The notes beneath the pieces were generated by a model. It was not told the origin of the DNA and made no database searches. It was given only the letters and a program-made list of their open reading frames with translations. The translations under genes were made by a program, and so were the position numbers. DNA of 61,245 bases, counting the filler, from Hausera hauseri (lineage: Eukaryota): the NCBI GenBank assembly GCA_046269625.1. It is 11 parts of 11 records of this genome, joined end to end, with 100 filler letters (N's around TTAATTAATTAA, not from the genome) between each part and the next. Parts side by side here need not be neighbours in the genome. Positions count along the whole stretch, not along the records: positions 1 to 12,311 come from JBJURY010041110.1; 10 more parts are not named here. The stretch is one strand, 5' to 3'. Shown here piece by piece: positions 1 to 12,411 of this stretch. The number at the start of each line of letters is the position of its first letter. The stretch's first letter is position 1.

Positions 1-12
1 AACATGTGCTGT

Positions 13-172
13 ATCCGATTATGACATCAGATATTCGAAAACTCGAATACAAGTCGAACTTTTCGAATAATTGATTTTCTATTCGAATACAAGCAAAAAT
101 CGAAAAATCTAAAAACGTAGAGGGATAGAAAGCCATATATGGAGAATCCGAATATGACGTCAGATATTCAAA
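13..172. repeat. Imperfect 27-bp direct repeat (13-39, 146-172) in a TTCGAA-rich tract upstream of the PolB gene; possible subterminal region of the element
   Basis: ATCCGATTATGACATCAGATATTCGAA vs ATCCGAATATGACGTCAGATATTCAAA; many TTCGAA/TCGAA motifs across 1-460. Confidence 0.6.
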
Positions 173-565
173 GAGGTTTAAATAAAAAAGCCGATTTTTC
201 GATCGAATTCGAATATTCAAATAGTACCATCGGATTCCCCATGTGCGAAGACCTTTGTAGACCAAAAATAGGGTGTGCAAAGTGTTTGGAACAGTCTCGA
301 ATTGAATAAAACATTGAAAATTTCGATAATATTAGGTCAAGCATACATTATTCGAACAATCTGATCACTCCATTCAATTGTATGAAAATCTATTTGGCGC
401 CGACATGCATTTCACTTATTTGATGCATTAAAACAAAGTGTTCTAGAATGTTCGAAAATTTAAAAATTCCATAAATGAGGCAGTATGCGTTGATATGGCT
501 ATGTTTCATTATTTCCTAAATCACTTCCACGAATGGTGATATTTTTATTTGTGCTCCTCAAATAA

Positions 566-3500
566 TTGGCTGATTTTCAGATGTGCAATCTATACAAACA
601 GTTCTTGGCTCAAATCCACGAGCCTGAAAATTGCCAAAATATTACGCAGAAATACTTCAGCCATCTACACAACAGGTCTCAGTATTATATATACCCTACA
701 TGTGAGGTAGTGTGCCAGAGCAAATATGAAGACTTTTACAATGTCCAAAAACAATACCTGATTTCCTTCACCAAGTCGAAAAAACAAATATTCAATACCA
801 CTATGCCAATAATGTCTTCCACGCCTAAGCAAAATCAAAGATGTAGTTCATACGTGTATTGTACATGTGCAATACAAAACTCTCAGAACTGTCATAATGC
901 CATGAGGAGCTGTTATGAATACAAATTCAATAGGATCCTCTATTATATATGCCCAGAATGTGAGACTTTATGCGGTGTAGATTACATACAGTTGTATTAT
1001 GATTACAAACATTTGAGTCACTTCGCATAAAAGTCAAAGAAGGCCATCTTTAATGATCAACATAATCTTGATGCATGTGCTTCGCAGTATGATGCTTCGC
1101 AATATTCTGCTTCGCATTATGCTGCTGGATCTGGTGCAGCAGCTGCGAAGCATATTAGAAAATTGAAACGCGCAGCCGCATCATGCGTACCAGCATCAGG
1201 CGCAGCCACATCAGACGCAGCGGCTGCATCAAAAAGCCAACGACAGCGGCCAGTTGATGCGGCAGCATTAAAGAGAAAATGCTGCAGATATGTTATTGAG
1301 GCAACTGGTCAAACAACCCTCCAAGACTTCCTCTTATACACAAAGGACCAGACATGGGGAATTCAACAGGACAACATGGCTGAGCTCAAAACCCTTAAAG
1401 GTGAATATGAAACTGGATGCCACATTCATCAATATTGGTGGCGAAGAATCCAATAGGGCCTTTAAGACCAAAAATAGACCCATATTGGAAAACACCAATA
1501 TAGCAGACTGGATGCAAGAGGTGCACGAGAAGCTGATCCGTGAAGCTGGGGAGAGGCAGGATAAGAAGAGCGGATGGACTGTAGCAACCATCAAGAGATT
1601 GATTGTGTATGTTCACAAGTACTCTCCCAGGTGGGGCAGTTCATATATTCTGCTCCCTGATTGGATCCCTAATAAAAAAACGTGTCAATGTCCATATTTA
1701 CGACGACATGTGCTTCATGTATGCCATTCTATCAAAACTCGTAACGGATCAAAATCATGGTTTACGAGTTTGGCTATATAAGGATGTGCAGAACAACTGC
1801 GACTTTCAATGTATCAAGTTCCCTCCATCCATAGATGATGTTAAAAAATTGGGAAAAGTCAATATGTCCATCAATATCTTGGGATTGGACGAGGATGATA
1901 AATTCTATCCCCTGCAGATATGCGATACAGAATTGGAAGATCATAGGAATCTGCTCCTACTAGACGATGGAGAAAAGAAACATTATATTTGGATCAGACT
2001 TTGAGCGGCTAGTCAGATCACAAATTACGAAACATCATGGCCAAATAGAAATATGTAAACGATGCATGTCCCATTTTATCGGCGATGTAGCTGCATTGAA
2101 GCTGAAAGAGCACAAGATGTACTGCAACAACAATTATTGTACCAGGCTAGATTTATCCAAGGAGGACTATATTGAATTCAAGGAGTTTGAGAAGAAGATC
2201 AAGGTCCCAATAGTTATCTATTGCGACTTTGAGGCTATTCTGCGTCCAGTTCACAGTTGCAGTCCTAATCCCCAACATAGCGGCACAACGGCTTACCAAT
2301 ATCATGAGCTCTCATCATATTGCATGTATTCCAAAGGACTGGACAGTTAACCATATCTATTCAGGGGTCCAGGCGCAGCAGCTCATTTATGAAGTGACTT
2401 GAAGATATGACTCATAGAATTGAAAATATGCAGCAGCGGCATAAGGATACAATGAGTATGTCGAAAATGCAAGAAGAATGGCGCAAGGAAACAGCATGTT
2501 ACTTGTGTTCCAAATCATCCACTAAGGATAATTATAAAGTAATGGATCATTTCCATTTTACAGGCAAATATCGGGGCGCGGCATGCAACAACTGCAATGT
2601 ACCCTGCAAAACATTACATATGTGCCTGTGGTGTTCCATAATCTCAGTGGATATGACTCCCATTTCATTGTTCGAGAACTGGGCAGAATTGAAGGAAAAA
2701 TTTATGTGATACCTAATAGTGAGTAAAAATACATCACATTTACAAAGCATATTGGGAAAATCAGGCTTTGCTTTGTAGACAGTTTCCGTTTCATGTCGTC
2801 TTCACTTGACAGTTTAGTGAAGAACCTCCCTGCAGAAGAACTCAAGGAGACGAAGCGGTTCTTCCCCACTACATTTGATCTCGACAAGAGGAAAGGCGTG
2901 TTTCCCCCATGATTACATAACCTCATGGGACACACTGGATGAGACCTCATTGCCGGCCAAGAAGGACTTTTACAATATCCTCTCCGATTGCGATATCAGT
3001 GATATGGACTACCAGAATTCTCAGAACGTCTGGCATGCATTCCAATGCCGAACATTAAGAGAATACAGCGACACATACCTCAAGACGGACGTGCTGCTTC
3101 TGACAGATGTCTGAGAGTTTCAGGGATGTTACGATAAAGCGCCATGATTTGGATCCGGCTAATTTCTTTATGGCTCCAGGGATGAGTTGGGCAGCAATAC
3201 TAAGATATACAGGTGTCCGTCTGCAGATCATAAAGCATTATGACATGATCCTTATGATCGAGAGAGGCATTAGAGGTGGAATATGCTAGGCCATTCACCG
3301 ATATAGCGAGGCCAACAACAAGTATATGGCTCAGTATGATCCATCCCAGGAATCCGCATATATATCATACCTGGATGCCATATATATCATTGTCATATGA
3401 TAACTCTAAGTGGGTCGAGAATCCTGAAAACATCCCTATACCGGACCTGGATCCCACTGGAGATACGGGCTATATACTGGAGGTAGATATGGCATATCCG

Positions 3501-4449
3501 GCTTCTATCCACACAAGACATCAACAGCTGCCTTTCCTCTCTGAAAGCAAGCCTCTGCTCCATGGAAAGCATAGAAAGCTGCTCTGCCATCTGGATAGTA
3601 GGGGAAGGTATGTAGTCCACTACATAAATCTCCAGCAGGCGGTCACGAATGGACTCCGCATTACTAAAATCCATCGGGCCCTGCAGTTCAGCCAGTCCAA
3701 CTGGCTGCAGCCCTACACAGACCTCAATACGAAGTTTCGGACAAATGCCAAGAACGACTTTGAGAAGGACCAATTCAAGCTTTACAACAACAGCGTTTTT
3801 GGCACGAACATGGAAAATATCCGCAACAGGATCAACATCGAACTGGTCTCTGAGTGGAAGCGGGCAAAGAAGCTCATTGCCAAGCCCAAATTCCACAGCA
3901 ACATCATATATGCGGAGAACTTGGTCAGCATCCATATGCTCAAAACATTTTGCAATTCAACAAGCCCATATATGTGGGTATAGCAATACTGGACCTGTCA
4001 AAGACCATGATGTATAAATTCCACTATGACATCATGGTCCCCACATTCAAGTCCATACAGCTAATGCATATGGATACTGATAGTTTCGTTTATCAGATCT
4101 ATACAGATGATATTTATAAGAACTTTGCCCAATTGGCACATCACATGGATACCTCGGATTATCGGAAGGAACATCCAACTATTCAATAGCCAACAAAAAG
4201 GTCCTTCGGAAATTCAAAGGCGAGGTGAATGGGGCAATAATCTCAAGATTTGTAGCTTTTAGGTCCAAAATGTATGCCATTGATATGTGGCCAAGTAAAA
4301 AAGTGGGCTAAAGGGGTTCAAAGGGAGACCTTAGCCGAGAAGATTGTCTTTAATGACTATGTTAGAGTTCTGCATGAGCAGACTCATATCATATTAGAGA
4401 TGGGAAGGATCCAGTCTAGGGCTAATAACATTGAGACAGTAACATTACT
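566..4449 (+). pseudogene. Protein-primed family B DNA polymerase (pPolB) of Polinton/Maverick-adintovirus type, with Cys-rich N-terminus and endonuclease VII-like insert; frameshifted and truncated at the 3' end
   Basis: Successive ORF fragments give KSGW, GSSYILLPDWI, IVIYCDFEA (Exo I), [46 protein letters not shown] (motif B), KPIYVGIAILDLSK and MDTDSF (motif C). ORF 566-1030 is in frame with ORF 1163 across a single TAA. Motif A is partly deleted near 3380. Confidence 0.93.
1079..1123 (+). repeat. 15-bp tandem repeat x3 (ASQYD/ASQYS/ASHYA) in the Ala-rich linker of the PolB N-terminus
   Basis: GCTTCGCAGTATGAT GCTTCGCAATATTCT GCTTCGCATTATGCT. Confidence 0.8.
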
Positions 4450-4878
4450 TTAGGGGTTTCTACCTTACGGATTGACCTCGTAAACATAAAATCGCGAGCC
4501 AACTTACGGAAGCAGTCGAATTAAACGACTGACATACGAAACATAAAAAGAACGGAATAATAAGATAAACACTTTTTATTCACAACGTTAACCGCATCCG
4601 CCGAGGCGTATGATTCATCCGTCGATGACAGTACCGAATCAGTTCGGGGACTTCGGCGGGTACAAGTCGAAGCGTCGTTCGAACTTGAGTTCAACGGTGC
4701 AGGTTTTCGTCGGGCCGGCTTTAAACGACATCTGCAACACTAGTTTGGTATGTGGTCGGCGTTCGACGTCCTCGCATGCCGCTTGTGGTGTTCACAGCGG
4801 CCGGCGCCCTCTGGCCCATTTGGTTAAACACAGCCGGGCGTTCGTTGCCGCCTCGTCGGGCCCATAGTCGAGCCCTAA
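4450..4878 (-). mobile_element. Putative 3' LTR of an LTR retrotransposon that interrupts the PolB gene
   Basis: PolB frame ends abruptly at 4450. The unit is bounded by inverted TTAGGG (4450-4455) and CCCTAA (4873-4878), has AATAAA on the minus strand (~4575), and is preceded on the minus strand by a PPT-like GAGGCGGAAGA (4879-4889). Confidence 0.55.
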
Positions 4879-5151
4879 TCTTCCGCCTCGAAAAAGGTTA
4901 TGTCGTGTTCATTTACTGGCGATAAATCATCGAGTCCATCAACACGTCTTCATTTAGAAGTAGCTTAAATTTCAGACTACACATCAAATCAGATATAGAC
5001 TTTAATTGTCTTGGTAAATCTAGGTCCCATTCCAAAGCTTTGCACGATTCTAGTAATACTCATATCAGCTGTCAAATTATCATTGGGTACTACAAAGTAC
5101 TGCAGTCAGTTTTTGCTCAATAGAAAGTGTACAAATTTTACTAAAGAAGAC

Positions 5152-6015
5152 ATGGCCAATAGAAAACACTCTAAGTACGAAAATCAATTAATCCAGGAAT
5201 TCATCGAATCACAACGCACTCAAGCACCGACACTCGCTGTGACGTCGTCCAATTCATCATTACCATTAGCTGATTCTATACAGACTGCACAGCGGAAAAC
5301 CAGCGCAACCGGCCATTTATCCGCAACTGCTGTTACCACGAATTCCATCATAGTATCTTCAACCACAAAAACGATTCGTACATTTGGTGCTCACATGACC
5401 CCAATTGGTACTGATTCGATAGATGCGACCAAAATCTACTCAGTATCCGGGGACAACAGTTGTATTTCAAAAGTCACCATTTCCAAATCAGGTTTCTCAA
5501 GTTTGAGTCAGACAAAAGAAACCATCAAACCATCACCGGAATCACCAGATCCATCTCAAGCAAACACTCCAGTGACGAAGGAAAATCTAATCGGTGGTTC
5601 CAATTTGCCACTCTCCTTAAGTTCAGATTCGCAGTTTTTACACAGTATCCATTCAGATATCGTTTCTACTTCCCCGTCCCTTCTCGAAAGTTTCTATCAT
5701 CTCAATTCGTAGGGTGCCATTTCCGTCGGGTATCAATACGATCAGAGCATCAATCAACAAGCAAACAATAACGGTGTCTTATCATACTCACAGTTTCCGT
5801 TCCAGAACTCTATGAATTATTCACGAAATTTTCGATCTGATCGATCTAATGCCAATGTTGATCATAAACTGAAAGACACCGCCGATATTGACTTTAATCC
5901 GATCAGTATATCCCGACAGGGATTGGCAGAGCCAAATGTCAACGAGAGTCGTCTGAAAATCAGCCAAGGCATGAACAATTACATGTCTAACATGTGTGTC
6001 AAAAAGCGTCTCAGC
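5152..6015 (+). pseudogene. Ser/Thr-rich ORF of unknown function with one in-frame TAG (5710-5712)
   Basis: ORFs 5011-5712 and 5812-6063 are in the same frame, and the 99 nt between them are open; low-complexity S/T/N composition. Confidence 0.4.
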
Positions 6016-9000
6016 AGGAGAACAGCCAATTGTGGTGGGTGGGGTGTTTCGCCCTCCGAGTAACACATAAGGTAGAAGATTAATACAGTGTTGATTGAAT
6101 TTAACGAGGATTTTAAGAAGTTTTCATCGTTCGATAAAAACGTTAAAGTAGCCCATTTTACTGGGAGTGATAAGGTGTAATGTGTATGTGTTTGATTCTC
6201 AGTCGATTTACAAATTATTTGAACATATTCTGTTTGGATGAGCCGAATCTACCGAGCAATGTGCGTATGAAGACGTCAGCAATGGTCTCAGTGTTGGTTG
6301 TACAACGTGGAACGGCTTCTTGCCATCTAAAAGTACGATCCATCACAGTAAGAATGAACTGATGCCGTTGTCTAGTGGACGTGGACCAACTATGTCGATA
6401 TGGATGGTGTCGAAACTTATGTGCAGGGAAAATGATAAAGTGGCGGCTTGTTGTGTTTGGCTACTTTAAAATTTTGACATGCCGCACACTCCCTAACCTA
6501 TTCCTGCATATCTATCCTCATTGATGACCATATGACTTGTCCTTTAAGAAGGCGATATGTAACTTTGGATCCTGGATTATGCAATGAATGAATATTGTTG
6601 AATGCAGTTTTTTGCAAGGTAGCAGAAAGAATGATTTTAGGGAAATCAGGACTTAAGATGTCCAAAGCTACGCTATCAATGATTTTGTACGATTTGAAGG
6701 CGGAAAAAATAGAGTTGTCTGGTTGCATCCGTCTGAGTAACTCGTCAAAAATGGACGCAAATGTAATTGAGTCGTCGGAATGCAACAAAAAATAAGCTAC
6801 TAAATTATCAACGCCATTTGTTTTATTTCAAGGTCGTATGTTGATAAATACGATATTTGTTGCTCTTGTCGTGTGGATGGATGCTTCATGGGCATGATAT
6901 TGATCAGAGGTTTGTTGTCTGTTTGAATAACAAAACTACATGCTGTAAGGAGATTAGAAAAGTGTTTTAATGCCAGAACGATCGCAAGTAGTTCACGATC
7001 AAAAGTAGAATATCTGGTTTCTGGTGGCGTAAGTTTCCTAGAAAAGTATTCAAGTGGTTGGTTTTCATCTTTATATATTTGATGCAATACGGCACCTACG
7101 GCGGTGGTTGAGGCGTCAGTGGTGAGAATGATTTTGGCATCGAGTTTAGGAAATGCAAGAATATCTACTATTTTAAGGCCTTCACGTAGTTTATCGAATT
7201 TATTGACTAGCTAATGTGTCCATTGGATTGGTTGGTATCGTCTTTTGGATTCACCGAACAAATTTCCCTGAACAAATTTAATTTTGAATAAAACATATCC
7301 ATGACCAGCGTTTTTGTAGTGTTGCGATTCATCCCTTGACAGAATCTCAAACAGCGGCCAAATTTGGAGGTCAGAAATTAAGGGGAATTCTTTCAATAGA
7401 TCTGAACGAGACATTCTTGTCATTGAAATATTCTGTATCGCAAAATAATAATGGAAAATTGAATGAAAACAGTAAATTTCTGTTTATTGACTGGGTAAAA
7501 AAATCAATTCCAGTTTCTAAGTTTTTGAGCATTCATATAGTAAAACAAATATATACATTTATATGTACAGTGGGGATAATTTGCTCACTAACCTTTTAAC
7601 ACCCTGTACAACCACCAGTTTATTCATCAGTCACGAAAATCTTTACCACAACAGGCATTAAATATTAAATTTTACTCATTCTACGAAGAAAGTAAGTTTC
7701 CAGAACATTCGATTTACTTTAATTCTTGCAAAGAAAAACTATTTAATAAATAAAATTGTTTGATAGGAAATTGACTTTTGGATTAATGGTGGAATATCTA
7801 TGGAACAAATAAACCTTCTGGAGATGGAGAACAAATCCGATATATCGAAAAATTTCTTCTAACACATCTTCATTTTGTTACACAATAAACCAGTAGTGAA
7901 ATATTATTAACATAGAGAACAGGTTGACCTTGTTTGATAAGCAGAGCCATTGTAGCGGATTAACAATTGGACATAACTCTGATACAATTTCCGGAACAGT
8001 AAGGATTAATTGTATGATTTCTGAGACCGGTCTTCATTGGAGTTTCTAAAGTTTCACTTGAAAGGCCAAAGAACACTAACGGAAGAGCAACAGCAAAATC
8101 CACAACCAGCACTAGCCTCAGCACAGTCATACTCTCGTCGTTTTTGTCTTAACTGCACCCATGACCGCAGTACTACAGTTAGTGTTTTTTCCATGTCATT
8201 TGGTGCTACGGATATCTGATGGTATGCGTTGGCTAAATCAATGGTTGAATATACTGTAGTAAAGTTAAGTCTGTGCAAAATGGCTTTAATTAGCGGCAAA
8301 GGGTAGCCATCCATAATGGTTAACGTGTTGAGCTATCTGTAATCACCGTATTGTCTAAAATATCCACCTTTTTTCTGTACTAGGTGTAGACGCGAGGACT
8401 AAGGTGATTTGGATCTTCTGATTATGCCTTAACGTTCAAACTCGAGGAATTCTGCTTCAACGGCTTGTCTTCCCACAGGAGATAACGGGCGTACTTTTGG
8501 CGAATTGGTCTTTGATACTGCGTTACTATATGATAGAAGTACCATTTGCTGGTGTAAATGTTCTGCCATTTTGTAGTAAACAATGGCAAGAAGAAGTGAT
8601 ATATTGGTACAGACTTATAGGCGATTGTGATAAGCTTGGAGACTGTATTGGGTCAACATAAATTGTTGAATTATTTGCTGGGCTAAAATAAGGCGGAATT
8701 TTGTGTAGTATTGTGGTATTAAAGATATTGTTTGATGAAGTGATTTGATCTAAAGATGTTACAGAGCTAACAAAACCTCGATTATCAACACACGAACATG
8801 GTTGAATAATAGTATTGTCATTTATAAATTCACGATAAGAAATGATTATTAAAAATTTTAAATCGGCAGTTGACTTTTAAAGTATTGATTTCCGTGTAAC
8901 TATCGCCTGTGGGGTAGCCAACATGCTATTTATTTGATCCACATGATTTTTATTATTACCATTTTTTAGACAACACTGCTTGCAATCTACCTACAGATTG

Positions 9001-10660
9001 TAATGGGGCAAGAAGTCAGATACTAGAATTGTTGAGCGGACGTTATCAAGTTTAAACATCCAAAGGAATGTTAGAGAAAATTTTTGAAGATTGAAGGGTT
9101 ACTTGGATGTTCCAGAAGAATGAAGTAGTTGACCAAAAGCAGTGAATAATGGTTTTGTTTGAAGTGAAAAATTTTGAGTAGGAAAAGTGAGAGGAAGTAA
9201 TGAAATTGCTGCGTCTGTGTCGATGATAAAGTCAATAAATTGAGTGGTCGGTGCAGTAATTTAAGCTTTTACCATAAATACTGCAAAGGAGGCATGTCGG
9301 CAGTTAGAATGCGTAAGATTGCCTATGCTAGAATCTACCGTAAGTTCTGGCGCGGGAATTAGTTTTTTGAACTGAGAAGCCTGGGCTGCTGTTAGTGGAA
9401 AAGATGGAACATTTATTGTTCGAGCGATTTGCAGTATTCTTGTAGGTGCAACCGAAAATGCATTGTGTGATAGATACAAGCAGTGTTTTGTGAATAAAGG
9501 TTTTGAGTACAATATTTACATTCTAGACAACATTTTGAGTGTTTTAGTTAAATTAGATATGGTAATAGTACACAAAAGACCGCACAGGCGATGGTGATCG
9601 GTCTTGATTTCGTGAAACAAAACGAGCGCGATTAAAATCAGGAACATTTGATCGCGATAATGAAAAATCATTTAACTTATTATTGATGTTATTAATTGTT
9701 TTTTGTAACGCAGCATTGTCGGCATGCAATTGAATCAACTGTTGTTCGATTGTTGTGTTATGTTGACTTTTGTTTGTTGTGACTGTTGCTGACATAATTG
9801 GTTGCGTGTTTAGTTGTAGCACTTCGTGTGCTTCGTCGGCCAACTCGGCCAATTTATCTAATCCCGTGGATTCCCCAACAACAGTAAGAAGGTATCTGGT
9901 TTGTATTGGTAGAGCGTTTAAGAATAACGGTGCAGAAGGTTCGGATTATGCTGTTTGGTGACGCCAAGGGTTTGCAGATGATTTAGTGAAGTACGTAGGA
10001 AGTCTGAAGGTTTTTGTAAACTTACTGAATTGTCACTGAAGAAATGCTGGATTGTTGAGTCTATTGATGGCATTGTAAGTTTAAGGACAGCAATGAATAA
10101 TTGTGTACAGAGATCGGAGTGTTGGAAAATATATCCAAAAGATTGGGAATTCGTGTTTTATGGCGTTTGAAAGCAAGAAAAGCAGATTATTGGCTTTTGA
10201 CAAAGATTCAGTGATATTGTTGGATTGCATCCAAAGCTAATGAAATTGTAGCCAGATTTTGCTTGAATTTTGGTTGTCTACGAAGTATTCAGTGCATTGG
10301 GAAGATGTAGAAATGTTAGGAGGGTTCACTGGTTTAGTAAGGTGGATGACGGGGATGCATTTATCAGCTGGTTTGTCCGTAGTATCAATAGTGGGAGAGG
10401 ACTGCATTCCACCGTGGATTCTAGGGTGAATGTGAAGGTAGAAGTGAGATGATGAGAGGATTGAGTTTCCGAAGCTAGGAAGTATAGTGTTTTATTTGTA
10501 ATGTAGACATCGGTGATGTGAGTGATTGTTCGAATGTGATTGTGAATGTATACCATGTCGGTATGCTGTGTTCTGAATGTATATGCGTGTTATTTATAAA
10601 AAAAATAATGGAAATAGGTGGTAAGTAGCTGGGGGCGTGATGTAGTGGCTCCGCACATCG
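6016..10660 (-). mobile_element. Decayed Gypsy (CsRN1-like) LTR retrotransposon: LTR-like ~10395-10660, gag ~10330-9400, protease ~9260-8950, RT ~8530-8170, RNase H ~7210-6800, integrase ~6790-6016
   Basis: LAELADE (gag); FIIDTDAAISLLP (protease-like); DGYPLPLI..TIDLANAYHQI (RT); LTTDAS..PLEYFSRKL..RYSTFDRELLAI (RNase H); IHSLHNPG, IHIDIVGP, LLGGRNTP (integrase); many stops and frameshifts. Confidence 0.9.
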
Positions 10661-11250
10661 TGCCACCTGTACTACGGCCGTTGGGTGGACAGACGGGGTC
10701 GCCCCCCATCGGAGTGTCCGGTTGTGGATGTATCACCTGGCGAAATAGTATCATTATATCTTTCAATAATTCCATTCGATTTAGATGTTGAAATCGTTTT
10801 ATACGATTGAATTTTTACTCGATTTGTCCATGAGTATATGTATTTCTTACCCAGCTTGATGTTTTGATTGCGTCCGTTGAAAGCATACAAAACCGAATTC
10901 TCGTAAAATCGAAGTTCGAAAATAACATTTAGTTATGTAACAGTTGACCTCATAATGGACCACAAATTATTCTTTGAGTTATTGGCGTTAGGCCCCAGCA
11001 GATTGGAAAACGTTGTTATTATCAAAGAGTGATTGCGTCATTAGTTCGACATGAGTACTACTGTGGACAAAAGGTAAGGAGACTGTATTTATAAGAAGTG
11101 CGCGCATTGAATGTCGATGTTTATATTTATTTGGTAGGGTGGTATGAATGTTTTGAACAGCTGACAGAAATTTCATAACATTTGTCTTGTTAGATTAGAA
11201 ATTACAGCGTCTTTTGTGCTTGAATAAAATGGTTTTCTGCGATTTTTAAT

Positions 11251-11540
11251 ATGGATAAATATGTGGAACAAAGAATTTGTATCAGTTTTTGTCTAAAAAA
11301 TAAAATTTCTTGTTCTGATGCATTTAAAATGTCACAAAAGTGTTACGGCTATGAATAATTATCAAGATCACAAGTTTTTAACTGTTGAGGGTCGTGAAGC
11401 AGTCGAAGACAATCCTCGTTCAGGAAGGCCATGAACCTCAACTAATGATGGAAACATTAACAAAATCAAGGAGCTTGTACTTTCCAATCGACTATTAACT
11501 CAAAGAAGCCTTGTAGACAGTGTTGGTATATCATGTTCGT
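11251..11540 (+). mobile_element. Mariner transposase N-terminal (HTH) remnant
   Basis: Translates MDKYVEQRICISFCLKNKISCSDAFKMSQKCYG..LSRSQVF...EGREAVEDNPRSGRP.TSTNDGNINKIKELVLSNR. Confidence 0.85.
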
Positions 11541-12311
11541 TATTTTCATATTTATATCGTTATTGGTCGAAATATAAACTGCATATAGCGTTTTGGGTCG
11601 TCTTCCGTTCTGAAGAATCGTGAACTCGGTGGTGGTTTGGGATCCGCGGCTGGTCTGCACCTATGAAGTTTATGTGCATGGGATGATAACCCATATTCCC
11701 GTGATTAGCTGTAACCTCGTAAATCATTGGATTTCCACTGGGTGTGGCTATGAGTGCACTTGGGTAGCATCCCGCGTCAATCTTAAATTAGTAGTTATTC
11801 CATGAATGTTGGCGGATAACACCAAGGGGTACAACATGAATGTTGGCAAATAAAGCCAATAAATTAAACTATCATACTATATGTGCTTTCAATTCCCTAA
11901 ATTTCAAATAGACCGACTAGTCGTAATGGGGGTGAATCTCAACATATTAATTTAACACGATTAGGATGGGGTTAATTCTTATTATACTTACAGATGCTCA
12001 GTCTGCCGAGCATTGTCCCTTACTTAGATAATCTGGTATATGAAGGGAGTATTGTTAATGAGTGACGACGGAATGGTTCACACCAGAAAATCAGTGAAAT
12101 TAGGTTGAAATGTCTAGTTTGTGTAGTCACGATATACTAAAAATATTCTGATAAATGGTTTAGCTCAATCAGTCGGTCTAAATTTCCAATCCGGGTAGTT
12201 CTTGGAGTAGTAACCCATCTAAGTTACTCTGCCCCAAAATAGACCTCAATCTGGCTCAGTCTAAATCTCTTATTGTGTGACAAGACTAAGTACTACGCAT
12301 TGAATGTCAAA

Positions 12312-12411
12312 NNNNNNNNNNNNNNNNNNNNNNNNNNNNNNNNNNNNNNNNNNNNTTAATTAATTAANNNNNNNNNNNNNNNNNNNNNNNNNNNNNNNNN
12401 NNNNNNNNNNN
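12312..12411. other. Artificial contig-joining spacer (N44-TTAATTAATTAA-N44); identical spacers at 17340-17439, 22166-22265, 27019-27118, 31325-31424, 37241-37340, 42424-42523, 47101-47200, 52547-52646, 56693-56792
   Basis: Ten identical 100-nt N-padded linkers carrying stops in all six frames; sequence character changes abruptly across them. Confidence 0.99.

Noticed and set aside
3393-3935. 180-aa minus-strand ORF (and similar antisense ORFs at 16478-16957 and 38492-38864)
   Set aside because: Antisense shadows of real coding frames.
12312-12411. Recurrent TTAATTAATTAA palindrome as a biological repeat
   Set aside because: Always centred in identical N-padding; a synthetic six-frame-stop linker.
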